Below, piece after piece: positions 1 to 12,763 of a DNA stretch of 64,000 nucleotides (the stretch's first letter is position 1; each line of letters starts with the position of its first letter). Source of the stretch: Schizosaccharomyces osmophilus (taxonomy: Eukaryota). Location: positions 1,612,001 through 1,676,000 of the forward strand of contig NC_079240.1 in assembly GCF_027921745.1 (NCBI RefSeq), written 5' to 3'. The translations under genes and the position numbers were made by a program. A model generated the notes under the pieces. That model made no database searches. It saw nothing but the letters and a program-made list of their open reading frames with translations, and was not told where the DNA came from.

Positions 1-2887
1 ACACTCATTGTACAAATATTCGAAAAGAAGGTCAGTAATTCGCAAACAGTCCACAGTGACAATATGTTGTTTCCGTTTCCAGCCCTTCGAGGGGATCTTT
101 TTGAAACAATCTATTATATCCAAAATTGTTAGTTTGTAAGGTATCGCGCAATCATCTGTTTCTTGACTATCCAGGTTCGTAGTTTTTATTCTCCAACCGA
201 AAAATAAAATTGGTTCCTTGGGCTTTAGCCGAAGAAAAAAAGTTTGAAAATCTTGTTCATTCTCGTCAAGCTCACAGGAAACCTCTGCAAAATCTATTTT
301 CTTTTTCAATACCGGCAGATAAAAATTAATAAGCTTTTCATCTTGAGTTTTGTAAGTTAATTTTATGTTCAACTGCAAGTTTAGGTTAGTAAAAGCAACC
401 GATTGGTATGAACGTACATCATTATTTTCATCATCATCATTTCTTAAAGGAAAGTGCAAAACAACCTTTCCTAGTCGCTTAATATTTTCAAGATAAGCGA
501 CCTCATTATGAATTGATAAAGTACAGTCAGAATATTCGTCAAGGAAGCATTGACTTGTTCTATTGTGCTCTTCTTTATTATTTGATTCAAAAGTTAAGCC
601 CACTTTCTGATTTTCTTCAAATTGTTCTCCAAAGCATATCCGAAAAACAGATTGAAATCTATCATTCACATAACGTTGAGGTACAGATGCTTGAACTGTG
701 GAAAGATGTCGTCCACTTAGGGAGGGTTGGAAAACTGATATTTCTTGTTGAGGATCAAATGTATCTTTCTTGAAGAGTACCGGCATCCCCTTTGGTTTTA
801 TTATCATTTCACTTACGGAGTAACTCCCGGGAAGGATATCCTAAGTTGTTAGTATATGCATAAAAAGACTAAGATCGTACGTTACAGCTCAAAATAATCG
901 TTGAATCTTTCTCAATGCTTTTTAAGCGGAATTTTAATTTGAACGGCCGGGAATTAGAAATCAAAGTACACATGACAGATTCCAGCATATCCAAACTAAA
1001 GATAGAAGAAGTGATTTTTACTTTAAGCTCTAGAGCCGTCTCCTCGGACACATTTGTTAAGTTCGATAAACTGACACAAAAGAAATCATCCAAAGTCAGA
1101 TCCGTGGTAGGAGGAATACGGTCAACTATTTCACCGGCTGCTTTAAAACAATCAGGATTTTTGTATTCTTTGAGCATGTTTACTAAGAATTCGATGGCCT
1201 CATGAGCTTTATCAACCTTCATTAGTATATCAATGTAAAATTGAATCCATTTCTCTTTGAAGGCATCGCTTTTCCAGAAAAGTGGTAGACTCGAGGTTTG
1301 TAGCATTTCGTAAGCCTTATCATAATTGCCAAGCATATAAAGTACTACAGCAGCTTCAGATGCGGTGTTGCTGAAGGACAAGCGATTTTTTCTCTGCCCA
1401 AAAATATGTAAGGCTTCTTCAGAAAGTTGCAAATATTTTTTTAAAAAAGATTCCAAACTGTCAATTTCTTCAATGCCTTGAAATTCTTTATGTATATCAT
1501 CATCGCGCTCTAACTTTGGTAGAGAACCTTCCTCATGCCAAAGTAGCAGCGTATTCTCGTGTAATAAGTTTTTCAAATAGGCCATTTTAAGAAGAATAGA
1601 ACGAGTAAATAGAGCTAATCTTGCATTAGAAGTAGGTACCTTGACGTCGTTATCCTTTGCATTTTGATTTATGAGACTCTTCAAATAATTGCAGGAGTCA
1701 TATTTAAAACGTAGAAAAAGTAGAGGGTTCTTATTCACAAACTGATCAAAAAAATGATAATTTAGGAATTGGAATGACTGTTGAAGTAGTGAATATGATC
1801 TGTCGTAATTTTTTATCTGCAAATTCAACTGAATCAGCTTTGAGAACAAGTAAAACCCAATGTGAAAAAAAGAGAACTTTTCAGAAGACAACAACTGCTG
1901 AAGATTTGCGGAAGTTGAATCAAAAAGCAAGGCCTTAGCATTCAATTCCAAAGGAGCCGGTACCACATCTGATCCTTCACCAAAGTATTTTACCATATCG
2001 GGTTTTCCATCTACAGTCCTAAGAATTTCATTGAAAGTTCCAAACATTTCGCCAAATTGCTCAACAGACTCGTTGTATAAAGATAATTCCAAATAACTAG
2101 CTCCTAATCGTTCTTTTTGTAAAAAGTAGACCAAAAAATCAGAAAAGATCGACGTATCCTGTAAGTTTATGAACTTGGCTTGTTCAGAAAGCTGAAGAAA
2201 CCGATAATTTAAGGCATCCAAAACCGACTTTTGTAAGCAACCTAAAAATGTATTCCAGCATTCCGCATCAGGAGTTCCAAATCGAACATAGTCCAGCCTT
2301 GTACACCGATTTGTATTAGCTGTATTAAAGTCATTCCTAAGGCGGTCAATAGTAGACTTTGCTACAAAGTAGGAGCTCGACCTTGAATGCGACCTGCCTA
2401 ATGGACCAGATGATCGTTTGACGCCCTGAGATCGTGCTACCAAGAGAATCATCCAGGATTGACTGTCATTTTGAGAGACCTTTTTCGACCAATCCAATGC
2501 TAAAGGACGGTGTTGCATTTTATACGTATCCGAATCCTAGTTACACGTTAGTAAGAATAGGCCCAGTGAGAAGAAAAGCAATACCTCTTCTGGCAAAATC
2601 AACATGTTCACCAGCGGAGTCTTTAATAATGTTGCATCTTTAGAATTATCGAGCGAAGTATAATGTTCCACCCATGGAACGAATTCAAGCTCCAAACTCG
2701 TGATAAAATGCTTTTTATACTGAAATGATTCGACCCACTGTAAATTTCGTAAAGGAATTTTACTTTTCACGTCCGTTGCTATTGTGGACCACACGCCAAA
2801 TGGATCATAGTCTTAAATCTATATGAGTAAACGCGTTCTACAATTATTTCTTCACTTACACTGAACTGAAGGCTTTGTTTTTACCAT
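1..2887 (-). CDS. trs130: TRAPP II complex subunit Trs130 (multi-exon, 3' end runs off the window start)
   Basis: ATG at 2887 (MVKTKPSVQ), GTAAGT intron, then YDPFGVW...IPLRNLQW typical of the TRAPPC10/Trs130 N-terminus; long exon in ORF 869..2518; next to nup60 as I recall for S. pombe. Confidence 0.8.
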
Positions 2888-3385
2888 TAACCAAAATAAA
2901 AGTAGGAAAGCACTCCTTTTTCTTTCCTCAATGGCGTTTCTATTTATTTGTTGACAGCCAGAGTGAGCGTGAAAGGCTGTACTAATCCCGTGCTACATGA
3001 CAGTAAATGCTTTAACGGATTGCATAAAACTAATACGGCAACCATGGTGATGAGAAGCATTCGTAGTAAGTTAGGCATGCAAACAAAAGCAAAAAGAATC
3101 CATATATGGGGCAAACGCATTCATGGTAACGATCTTTATAACTAGTAAAGTTTACAGTAGTTATGAATTTATTGAATTCCATAAAGGGAAGAAGCTCTTT
3201 TCAGAATTGTTGTTTTGTGTATTCTATCGCATTGCAGAGTGGTACGCTATTTACACCTACGCTTTTTTGGGTTATTGTTATTTCTTCTACCACCAAGCAG
3301 GATAGTTATCCAAAGGGAAGAAAAAACAGTTGTTGTTCTGTAATAAAGGTATTTCAATCCTATTGGTTTGAATAAGAACGCGAAA

Positions 3386-5560
3386 ATGTCTTCAGGACCT
3401 GTTCGAACGAATCGAAAGGATAAATCAGTGCACAAAAACAAGCCATATGATAGAATTACAGAGTCTTCGCCATTGAAATCACCACAAACACCCTCGAAAT
3501 CGATCGTGCAACGCGCAAAAGAATGGCTGACACCTTCTTCTTGGAAAAAGACAATTGCCTTTTTAAGTAAGATCCCGTCTGAAGAATCGGAAGACGAAGA
3601 GCGAGGCTTAATGACCGATAGCAGCGAGGAAATTAAGTCAGAAGATCGTTCCTTTCAAAAGCAGCCTCGAACACTCGAATCTCCAAAGACTCCTGCTGTC
3701 CCCCGTGGTAGCTCATTACCTCCAATTTCCAATCAAGATTCACCAAACCAGCTTTTAGCTATGTTTTTTTCAAACAAGGGAAAACAGCCCCTAAATGAGG
3801 TGGAACGCGAAGGAGTCATGAGCCTTTTGTCTAGAAATGGTTCTCCTACTTCAACAACCCATCATTCTCCTTCCGTCCCTTCCCAACAATTTAGCACTCC
3901 CAAATACGCTGATCCTCATCGTGCTGTTTCAAGTGAGTCTCGCATTCAAACCTCAAGCTCTTTTCACCCTAGCCCTAATTCTTCTAGGCAATGGCCTGCT
4001 TTCCGTTCTACTTTCTCTCCGGTTCTCGGGCATTCGAAACCTCTTAATGTATCAGGAAATTCGCCGCTTTCAGCTCAAAAAACTAGTTACTATGGACCTA
4101 CAATGTCTACCCCTTTTCGCAAAAACTTACAACGGAAACGTCATTCCACTACTCCTGTCGGTGCTTCAAAGTTAACTTCTTTGATTTCGTCTACTACTCC
4201 CGACTTTGCTTCAAAGCGTAGCAAGAACGAGTCTTTTAATGGAAGCTTTACCGCAAATGAGGATTCTTTCAGCACCGTCCCCGCTTCTTCCCCTTTTCCT
4301 CCTTCGCAAAGCACACCTCAGCAGAAAACACCCAGTCGTACGGCCGCAAACCTAATGAGCATTTTAGAAAGTAAAGAAAGTCCAGCCACTAGCTCTCCCA
4401 AAGAAAGCATTGCAAAAACTACGAAAGCTTCTTATATCAGTCCCTATGCGAGACCTGGCGTTACTACTTCCCGTCGCCGTCATACGCTTGCCAAGGAAGA
4501 AGCTCGTCCCTTGAAGACAATAGAGGAAAAACAGGAAGTACCAGCTGTTGAGGCTCTTGATAAGTCATCAAACTTACAAACATTTAAACCTGACTTTACT
4601 CCTCAATTCCTAAAAGAACCCGCCGTTTCTGAAACCAAAAAGGAACCGGAGTTCACTTCGAAGGAAACCGGCGTTGATTCTTCAAAGACAACTCCGGTAT
4701 TTAAATTCACTGCCGCATCTAGTAGTCCCTCAAATAGCATTTTCTCCAAGTCAACAAAGCCTACTGAAAATGTAACAAAAGAACAGCCTACCGTAGCAGC
4801 TGAGCAAGAGGAAGCAATTGATGTTGACATGGAGGAGTTGAAGGAAGAACCCAAGAAAGAGAAAATAAATATTTCTTCTCCTAAAAAGCCGTCTGAAAAA
4901 CAACCGGCTTTGGGGGAATCTTTTGCAAACCTTTCAAAGTCAAAGCCTCTTACAACTTCGGTAGAAGCTCCTAAAGCTACTGAATCTCAAGGTTTTTCTT
5001 TTGGTTCCCTTGCCAATAAATCAGCGTTTACTGGTGGCTCTTCCGTTGAGCAAAAGAAAGATGATAAATCGAGCATTCCCTCAATTCCATCCATGAGCTT
5101 TGCTGCTTCGGCTACCGATGCAGATACTGGGGCTTCTGGATCTATCAAAGAGCCTAAGCCGTTTTCCTTTGCTGCTCTTACCACGTCCCCAAAGGCGGAT
5201 GAGAAGCCGACAGAAAAACCAGCTTTTACCTTTGGAAATGTTGGTAAAACTCAAGCTGCCAAAGAGCCTAAACCATTTTCCTTTGCAACTCCTACTGCGT
5301 CTCCAAAGGTTGAGGAAACCCCAAAAGAAACTCCTGTTTTTACTTTTGGTAGTACCGGAAGCAACGCCTTTTCTTCCGCCGCTCCTACTCTCGCGCCAAA
5401 GGAAGAAGGCGTTTCTGAAGAAGCAAACTTGCCTCAGTTTTCATTCACTGTTTTGCCGAAGAAGGACATTCCTGGTGATACTACAGACGAAAAGGCACTG
5501 TCTGTTACAGACGAGGTACCGTCCTTTTCTTTTTCAACTTTAGAAAAGAAAGACGAATGA
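3386..5560 (+). CDS. nup60: Nuclear basket nucleoporin Nup60
   Basis: ATG at 3386; S/T/P-rich, N-terminal KPYDR and amphipathic SIVQRAKEWLTPSSW, C-terminal FSF/FTFG repeats; synteny with trs130 and lsm7. Confidence 0.8.
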   Translation: MSSGPVRTNRKDKSVHKNKPYDRITESSPLKSPQTPSKSIVQRAKEWLTPSSWKKTIAFLSKIPSEESEDEERGLMTDSSEEIKSEDRSFQKQPRTLESPKTPAVPRGSSLPPISNQDSPNQLLAMFFSNKGKQPLNEVEREGVMSLLSRNGSPTSTTHHSPSVPSQQFSTPKYADPHRAVSSESRIQTSSSFHPSPNSSRQWPAFRSTFSPVLGHSKPLNVSGNSPLSAQKTSYYGPTMSTPFRKNLQRKRHSTTPVGASKLTSLISSTTPDFASKRSKNESFNGSFTANEDSFSTVPASSPFPPSQSTPQQKTPSRTAANLMSILESKESPATSSPKESIAKTTKASYISPYARPGVTTSRRRHTLAKEEARPLKTIEEKQEVPAVEALDKSSNLQTFKPDFTPQFLKEPAVSETKKEPEFTSKETGVDSSKTTPVFKFTAASSSPSNSIFSKSTKPTENVTKEQPTVAAEQEEAIDVDMEELKEEPKKEKINISSPKKPSEKQPALGESFANLSKSKPLTTSVEAPKATESQGFSFGSLANKSAFTGGSSVEQKKDDKSSIPSIPSMSFAASATDADTGASGSIKEPKPFSFAALTTSPKADEKPTEKPAFTFGNVGKTQAAKEPKPFSFATPTASPKVEETPKETPVFTFGSTGSNAFSSAAPTLAPKEEGVSEEANLPQFSFTVLPKKDIPGDTTDEKALSVTDEVPSFSFSTLEKKDE

Positions 5561-5859
5561 GATAATGGCTCGAAAAGATTTAGCTTGTCGAGTTTTCATT
5601 TGGGACGATGATGAGATACTCGTTTCGCAAACTTTTTGAAATATACTGAGATTGTTTTAATTTTTGAATAGATTTTACGAGTAAAATTGGGAATATATGA
5701 TGAAAAAGGGTAACGGGTGATGATAAATTTAGTTGATTTGTACAATTGATTTCATTCATGTAAAATAGAAAGACATTTCCATTACAAATGAGGGATAATA
5801 CATATAAAAGTAAAATTTTGTCTTGTTCCTTTTTCTTTTTTCTTCTTTTGTTCATTCAA

Positions 5860-6252
5860 TTACTCTTGTTGCAAAAATGGATTAGGGATTTCCTCAGAAC
5901 CATCCATTGGAGCAAGGAGAACCAAAGTAGTACCACGTACAACTATCAAACCAAGTTTCCTGGTTTTGTCTAAGAATTTACCGTCTTCGGGGTTTTTTAA
6001 ATGTTCATCCACGTCGTCTAAAACAAGATTCATAAGCTGATCATAACCTTTGAGCACACCGCTAATTTGACGTCCTCCTGTAAAGGTAGCTTGGATTCGT
6101 TGATCTTGGTATCTCGACAAGTCTAAGATGGATTCTTTCCTGGGTTTTTCTCTATACAACAGCTGTTTAGTAACGATGTTCTCAATGGATGAGATTCCTT
6201 ACGTGGGCTGACTAGAATTAGTAGGTCCTGGGCGCTTTTGAAAGGAAGACAT
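5860..6252 (-). CDS. lsm7: U6 snRNP-associated Lsm7 (2 exons)
   Basis: KPRKESILDLSRYQDQRI...GVLKGYDQLMNLVLD...LGLIVVRG Sm1/Sm2 motifs; ATG at 6252, GTAAGG...CTAAA...TAG intron. Confidence 0.93.
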
Positions 6253-6959
6253 ATTGATTGAATTCTTGTTTCAATTATAACCAACTTTTAAACAAAATGG
6301 TAAATTTTGGGAAATGCTGAATATCATATAGGTAGCTTTCATGAACCCATGGAGGATTGGGAAGTCGAAGACGCACTCACTATATACAAAGTCATATGTG
6401 ATTTTATACATATATGGTAGAGCAATGTATGAATTAAGTTATACTTTTTGGTGGGTTAATTCATATGAATACATGAAGAAATTAGAGATTTGATTAGAAA
6501 ACGACCAAAGCGTCTCGCTTGAAAGCCATCGTAGGAATGTCTATCGTCGTTACTTGTGAGCAATAATCAATTCAGCTATTGACAAGTCGATAGTCCTAAA
6601 AACAAAAGACTCGAAATAAATATAATGTAGTTTATAAGATGTAATAATGAAATGTAAAAGGCATGCAACTTCCTATAATACAAAAGTTCGTTCTTGGATT
6701 GAATGTTAACGATGGTTTCCTTGGTAAAAGAAATGTAAAGACAAGAATTTGCTTTCGAGATAAAACGTATATGGCATTTGAAAACACGCAAAAAGTAAAG
6801 GAAGAATCAAAACTAGAGAAAGCATTTCATGGGATACTGCTCATATAACAAGAATCAGGGCGACGTTAGCAACAAAAAAAGAATATAAGAATTAGAATGA
6901 ATAGAAAATTCCACAATGGGGAGAACCGGCGATAGAACACGACTGTGTATTCTTATCAT

Positions 6960-8396
6960 TTAATCTTCTAGTTCGACAACAACGGTGCCACTAGGAAACA
7001 CGGAAGGAAGATTGCTAATTGTTGCATCCGCTACCAAAATCTCCCTTGGAAGAGAGGAGTAAAGACTAAATTGAAATTTGTATTCATAATCCTCAGGAGG
7101 CGTAAGATTAGCGGACGAAGACATAGCTTCTTCATAAGCTTCGGGGTTTTCTTTAGCGAAAAGCAAGCTGTCCACGAATTCGTAAACGCTTTTCACAAGA
7201 CTATCATTCTCAAATCTCCGAATAACACGAGACCCATCAGGCAAGCGAATAGAAAGACGAGCTGCTTTCGTGTTGGGTTGTGGTTCAGAGGGAATGTTAA
7301 CAGCCAGCCAAGAGCGATACTGAAGAGATAATTCTTTCAATTTCTCTTTTTCCTCTTGTTCCTTTTGTTTAAGCTCACGTTCTTTCTTGGCCTGCTGTTG
7401 TCTCTGGCGATCGCGAGCAAGCGATACTTGATAAGCATCGTCTTGTTGGCGTCTTAATTCTCTGGCAGATTCCCTTTCATCTATCTCCGTACGGAACCTT
7501 TCCAGAGAAGGCAGGTGGCGTGCTAATGCATTTGTCAATGTACTTTGAAGGAGAGTTGAATCTGTAGGTCCATGCAAATGAGCTGCGACCACAAGCTCTG
7601 AGAGTTGAGGAGAATACATAACTAATACGGCAGAAGGAAACTTTGTACAATTAAATTTTCTCGATCCCTGAAAAGCTTCGTCTTCGCAAACGTCACCTAT
7701 CCAGCAAAGAATGTTGCGGCGGGATAAGAATCCTTTAACTTCTTCATCCATGAGAACTTTCTTCGAAAAGTCCTCCATTTCGTCACTCTTCGTGCTAGTG
7801 AAAAACAAAAGAGCTACCCCACAACTACGCTTCGTCCGTGCCAATGCTTCCATATACCCACCTTCGGTGAAGAAGTCAACATGATCTGTACCATACTGTT
7901 CTTCCAAATTTTGAAGCAGCTTGTTTGCTGCATCGGCTGGCGATAAGTAGCGTTTCCTGGGGCCTAAAATAGGAAGGAATGTCGGTAGTAATGGCACTCG
8001 TGATAAAAATATCCAAAACTTGCAGAAGCCACTGAAAATAACAGAGAACATGGAATGAAAGAATCCAACTCCTGAAGCCGACTCCTTTTTTCTGCTTTCC
8101 TGGGAAGACTCACCTGTCAAAAACTCTACGGCCTCCTAAAGTGCACGGTTAGTGACATCTGAAACAAAGCATGTCATAAATCGCTGATAGAAAACAAAAT
8201 AAATTTCTATTATAAATGAAATGCACCTGTCAAAGCAATGGCTTGATGGTTTGTCTATCCATCCTTTAATGAGCATTAACTCACATACCTCAACGTTCCA
8301 ATTAAAGGACTCTAAAACAGAATGGGCAGTATCCACAGGAACATCTAAAGAGCTCTGTAAAGCTTGAATTGCTTCCTGTTCACCAGATCTTGACAT
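6960..8396 (-). CDS. ucp10: UBA/UAS/UBX domain protein (FAF2/Ubx3-like, 2 exons)
   Basis: UBA-like exon 1 (ATG 8396, LESFNWNVE), hydrophobic hairpin, UAS domain, coiled coil RQQDDAYQVSL, UBX (RLSIRLPDGSRVIRRF...FPSG). Confidence 0.82.
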
Positions 8397-8933
8397 ATTG
8401 TCGATATTGGTAAACGGATACCTTGCCCTCAGTGGGAGTCCAACATCATACATGGAAGCATACGTTCACCAACACGTTACTAAATGCTGAATCAAATCAG
8501 CAGCGTCAATTCTTTCTAAATTAGAATATTTTTCTCTTTAATTTCTAGAATTAAAGACTATAACTTGTTTTATTTTTAGATATCATTTCTTAGTCGTAAT
8601 CGCAGAATTGGGTTGTACTCATCTGTCTCTGTGGAGTAATCACCAGGTACACTTTTGTTTCTGTTCATAAACTATTATTAAGAAAGAAAAGACTGTTTTT
8701 TCACAGAATTTTTGAGTGGAACTGAAAAATAGTCAGGCGTTACTGGTTTCGGACTCTTTAAGGAAACGTAACAAGTTTAAAATCACTACTTTTTCTACTT
8801 TCCTGTAAATCGTTTCAAAATTTAATAACCTGTTGAAAAGGGCATGGATTGCTAGGGCTACGATTTCGAAACGTTAAGCATCAAACTACAAAAAAGGATC
8901 GCATTACTACTTTCTTGTTGGATTTCTGTGAGT

Positions 8934-10100
8934 ATGCCTTTCTCCATTAAGCAGGAGCTTATTAGTCAAGATGATGAGTCTGATGATGCCTTGCTGAAAT
9001 TCGTCCTTTTTCTGTTTATAAGCTTCTTTTCAACATTGGGTGCACTCATGTTTGTAACACTAGTGTTGGTTCTGTTTCGATATGCTGGCCACGCAAGGAT
9101 CTTGTTACGAAATAATACTCCCGGTGAATTGGATGATGAAGCAATTGAGAATAATAACATCGACGAAGAAGGATTTGCTCATCTAAGTGAACCCGCAAAA
9201 GAACGATTTTTGCAGGCTCGCGATTTTGAGATGAGTGCTGCTCAATCCCGCATCAATACCGATGCGAAATTAATTGATTTTTTGCAAGTTCAGGAAAAAG
9301 GGGTGTTTGCGTGGCACTTTATGCCCAATTTGGACTTGGGTGCTTATGCAACCAACCGGACGGAACTTTCTTTCACTAAAAACGAAGAATGTTGTCTTCA
9401 AACAAATCTCCCATTGCAACGAATCAACGAAGTATATTATTGGGAAGCTAAGTTGTTGGAAGTCGACGAAAATACTACAATCTCTATAGGATTGACTACG
9501 AAACCGTATCCGCCCTTTCGCATGCCAGGTTGGAATTTCTGGTCGCTGGCGTATATCTCTGACGGAACACGAAGATGCAATTCGGCTTTTACGAGCAAGT
9601 CGTATGCATCTTTTTATCAAAAGGGAGACGTAATTGGAGTGGCTTATAAACCAAAGGCGAATAGAGTGTTTTTTACAAGAAATGGCCGCCGCTGTGCTGA
9701 ATTGCCGTGCACATATCGAAACGTGTATCCGACAGTGGGTGCAACAGGTCCATGTGTTGTGCATGTCAATCTTGGTCAGGCTGGATATGTCTTTATCGAA
9801 GCAAACATTAAAAAGTGGAGATTGGCTCCTCCGGTAGGAAGTTTAGCACCACCTCCTTCGTACTCTACACCGCAACCAACCGTAAATTGGGACACAATCA
9901 GTGAATCATCTGCTCAAACGGTCACACAAACAGATGTAAATCCTCCGCAAAATCCGCAATTTAATTCTTCTGGTAATATTAGTGGGTCACTTTCTTCATA
10001 TAATACAGCTGTACAAGGGTTTCCTTCTTCCTCTTATGCCCAATCTTATCCCATGCATTCGATGCCTGCACGCGACAAATCTGAAGATGAACAGCAATAA
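8934..10100 (+). CDS. SPRY-domain membrane adaptor of the Ssh4/Ear1 family
   Basis: N-terminal TM helix, SPRY signature (QTNLPL...YYWEAK...IGLTTKPYPPFRMPGW...GDVIGV...FFTRNG), PPPSY motif for Rsp5/Pub-type ligases. Confidence 0.85.
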   Translation: MPFSIKQELISQDDESDDALLKFVLFLFISFFSTLGALMFVTLVLVLFRYAGHARILLRNNTPGELDDEAIENNNIDEEGFAHLSEPAKERFLQARDFEMSAAQSRINTDAKLIDFLQVQEKGVFAWHFMPNLDLGAYATNRTELSFTKNEECCLQTNLPLQRINEVYYWEAKLLEVDENTTISIGLTTKPYPPFRMPGWNFWSLAYISDGTRRCNSAFTSKSYASFYQKGDVIGVAYKPKANRVFFTRNGRRCAELPCTYRNVYPTVGATGPCVVHVNLGQAGYVFIEANIKKWRLAPPVGSLAPPPSYSTPQPTVNWDTISESSAQTVTQTDVNPPQNPQFNSSGNISGSLSSYNTAVQGFPSSSYAQSYPMHSMPARDKSEDEQQ

Positions 10101-10728
10101 ATGATGACTTATCGTGTGCCTCCTATAAGATTTTCTTTTTTTGAAAAGATACAATGAATAATTTATGATTTTTTTTTCTCGTTCAAGTTACTGTCATGGT
10201 TTTTTCTTTGCATTGTTGTACGATGTATAGGTTGCAAAGTTGAGGGATTCATGCACTTGGTTTTTATGAAAAATGAAAGAACTCTGTATATTCTAAAGAA
10301 TGATAATAATGGTATTCTTGGAGTGAGTGTAGGAACAAATGTAAGCAGCAAATTAAAAGACTTGTCACAAACTGTCTCAAAGATAAAACTGTTGCGCTAA
10401 ATAAATATATGATGGAAGAATTGCTAAAAGGTTTTTTGTTGAACCTACAATGTTTTTAAATCGCACGTTTGCTTCCCTAGGGTCTTGCTAGAGGAAGTGA
10501 ACGACGGAATGCGACCTTTTTTTGGTCTGCGATTTCCGTCCGCTTATATAACTAAAAAAAAATTTTTTCTGCAAGTAGATACATCTTGGAATTCCACAAA
10601 TTCTCGTTTACTTCGTATTTCCTTTCCAAATGGAGTTTGTTTATTAACAGCACGCATCGAAATGCAGTATACCATTTAAATGGAGCATCATTAAGTTCGC
10701 TAGGTTTATCTTGAGCTTAACACACGAG

Positions 10729-10736
10729 TACGTCAA
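10729..10736 (-). promoter_or_regulatory. CRE-like Atf1/Pcr1 site (TTGACGTA) upstream of cgs2
   Basis: TACGTCAA on + strand about 70 bp upstream of the cgs2 ATG. Confidence 0.5.
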
Positions 10737-10805
10737 CGTGACATAAAAAAGAGAATTAAGACTGAAAGCTTTAGGTCCTATAGAGGTGCATCCTTAGCCA
10801 AAACC

Positions 10806-12068
10806 ATGCATCCTACAGTTGAAGGAAAAGCTGAAAAACCATCGAGAAAACGATATTCTGAGACGTCTCATGAATCTTTCACATTATATTCATTGGTATG
10901 CTACTTTTTTGGGTCGAAAAGGTTATGTTAACGTTCATTAGGGCACAAATGTAAGAACGCAAAAATAGGAGAAGAGTAAAGAGCTTACACAGCATAGGGG
11001 GGGCCATTAGAGTCAGGTTGTAGTGCTCATCTTTTGTCGGATGGGACATTTAAGGAGATCGTCTCAATCGACGGAGGAGGACATCTTTCTGCATTGGCGG
11101 AGTTGATAGAAAAAAAACTACTGACAGTCGACATTGATGAGCAGAACTTCCAGTTTGCAGGAGAAGGAACACCTCTTAACAGTATATATGCAAAAGCGTG
11201 GTTGTTTTCCGAGCAGCGTATTAAAACTTTCTTAATTTCACACTGCCATTTAGATCATATATACGCTTGCGTTATTAACAGTGCAATGTTTGGTCCACAA
11301 AATCCGAGAACAATCGTGGGCTTGGAATACGTGATCGATACCCTTAAAAAGCATATATTCAATAACCAAGTGTGGCCTGCGTTAGATAAAGCTGGTTTTA
11401 TAAATTTCAAGATGTAAGGATAAAGGGCGCTTTTTCTACCGTACCAATTGCAGACGAATATTTAGAACATAATGGAACGGATAGAGCGGTTGTTGTTTTG
11501 CTTTGTTTTGTTTGTGTGGTTACTAACACTTTTTAGAATCAATGAAGCCACGTATACCAACATAACCTCTACCTTGTCTGTATTACCTTTTCCCGTGAAC
11601 CATGGCTCATCGTTTGGACATGAATTGAAGTCGTCGGCATTTCTCATTCGCAACATGTTATCCGACCGGTATTTCGTAGCCTTTGGGGACGTAGAGCCAG
11701 ATAGAGTAGCATCAGATTCGCTTAATATCTATATATGGAGAGTCTGTGCTGAACTCATTGCTAAAAAGAAGCTATCCCATATATTAATTGAATGCTCTAC
11801 TCCCGATATATCTGATGCCTTACTGTTTGGCCATTTCTGTCCTCGGCATCTAGTGGATGAGCTTTGCTCGCTTCGGTCTTTTGTTAATGAGCTAGGTGAA
11901 AGTATGGATAATGTCACTGTATTAATAACTCACTTGAAATCTCATCCTCTTGAGGTAATCGATCCTGAAGTCGTCATCGTGGAGCAGCTTGAAGCTTTGA
12001 GTAAAGCATGTTCCTTGCCCGTTAAATTTAAAATAGTCAAACGAGGACAGTTTTATAGATTTTCCTGA
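10806..12068 (+). CDS. cgs2: Class II cAMP phosphodiesterase Cgs2/Pde1; exons 10806-10895, 10942-10950, 10998-11413, 11537-12068
   Basis: Spliced product gives LGTNGGPLE, ISHCHLDH (HxHxDH), HIFNNQVWP, FGDVEPD, LFGHFCP, ITHLK motifs of PDE class II; all introns GT-AG. Confidence 0.92.
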
Positions 12069-12763
12069 AAAGGGGTGTTACGGTCTTGGTCACAGATTTT
12101 ATATTCGGTTTGCAGTAATGCAATGTGTATGATCATAATCACTCGCTTTTCATTTGTTTTTGAAATTACTTTTCAATTTACATCTTCTTTGTTTATTCTT
12201 TTCTTTTCCTTTTTCTTATTATACGAAGTTTTGCATTACTTACCTCCATCATTAGAATTTTTATACATTACATGCGATTGGGATTTTGGACATAAGGGAA
12301 CATTATTGTTAATTAAAGCTCGATGTTTTATTAATTGGTTTTTGACTATACCGGTTACTCTATGGGTTCAATTAGAACAGCACGCTTCATACTAATCCGA
12401 GAAGGATGATTAACTACTAGTTGTACAATGGAATGAATCATAATATAGCATTTTAACATGACCTGATGGTGTTTGATTTTTTGGCTTAACAGTAAATTTT
12501 TTTATTGTTCACAATAAAAAAGCAAATAAACGTATATACAAAATAGCGGATATGTCGTTGACTAATTTACTAGAGCAGATGAGCAAAGATCAATACCATC
12601 TAGGAAATTTCATTGACAACAATATTCAGTTTTCACTTGATCTACAAATAGCTGGGTGAAAATAAAAAGAATGAATATTACAAGTATAGGCAAGCATTAG
12701 AAGAGAAAAACAATGTTAAGCGAAACCGAGGAATTATAACAAAGGGGTCATTGGCTGTATATT

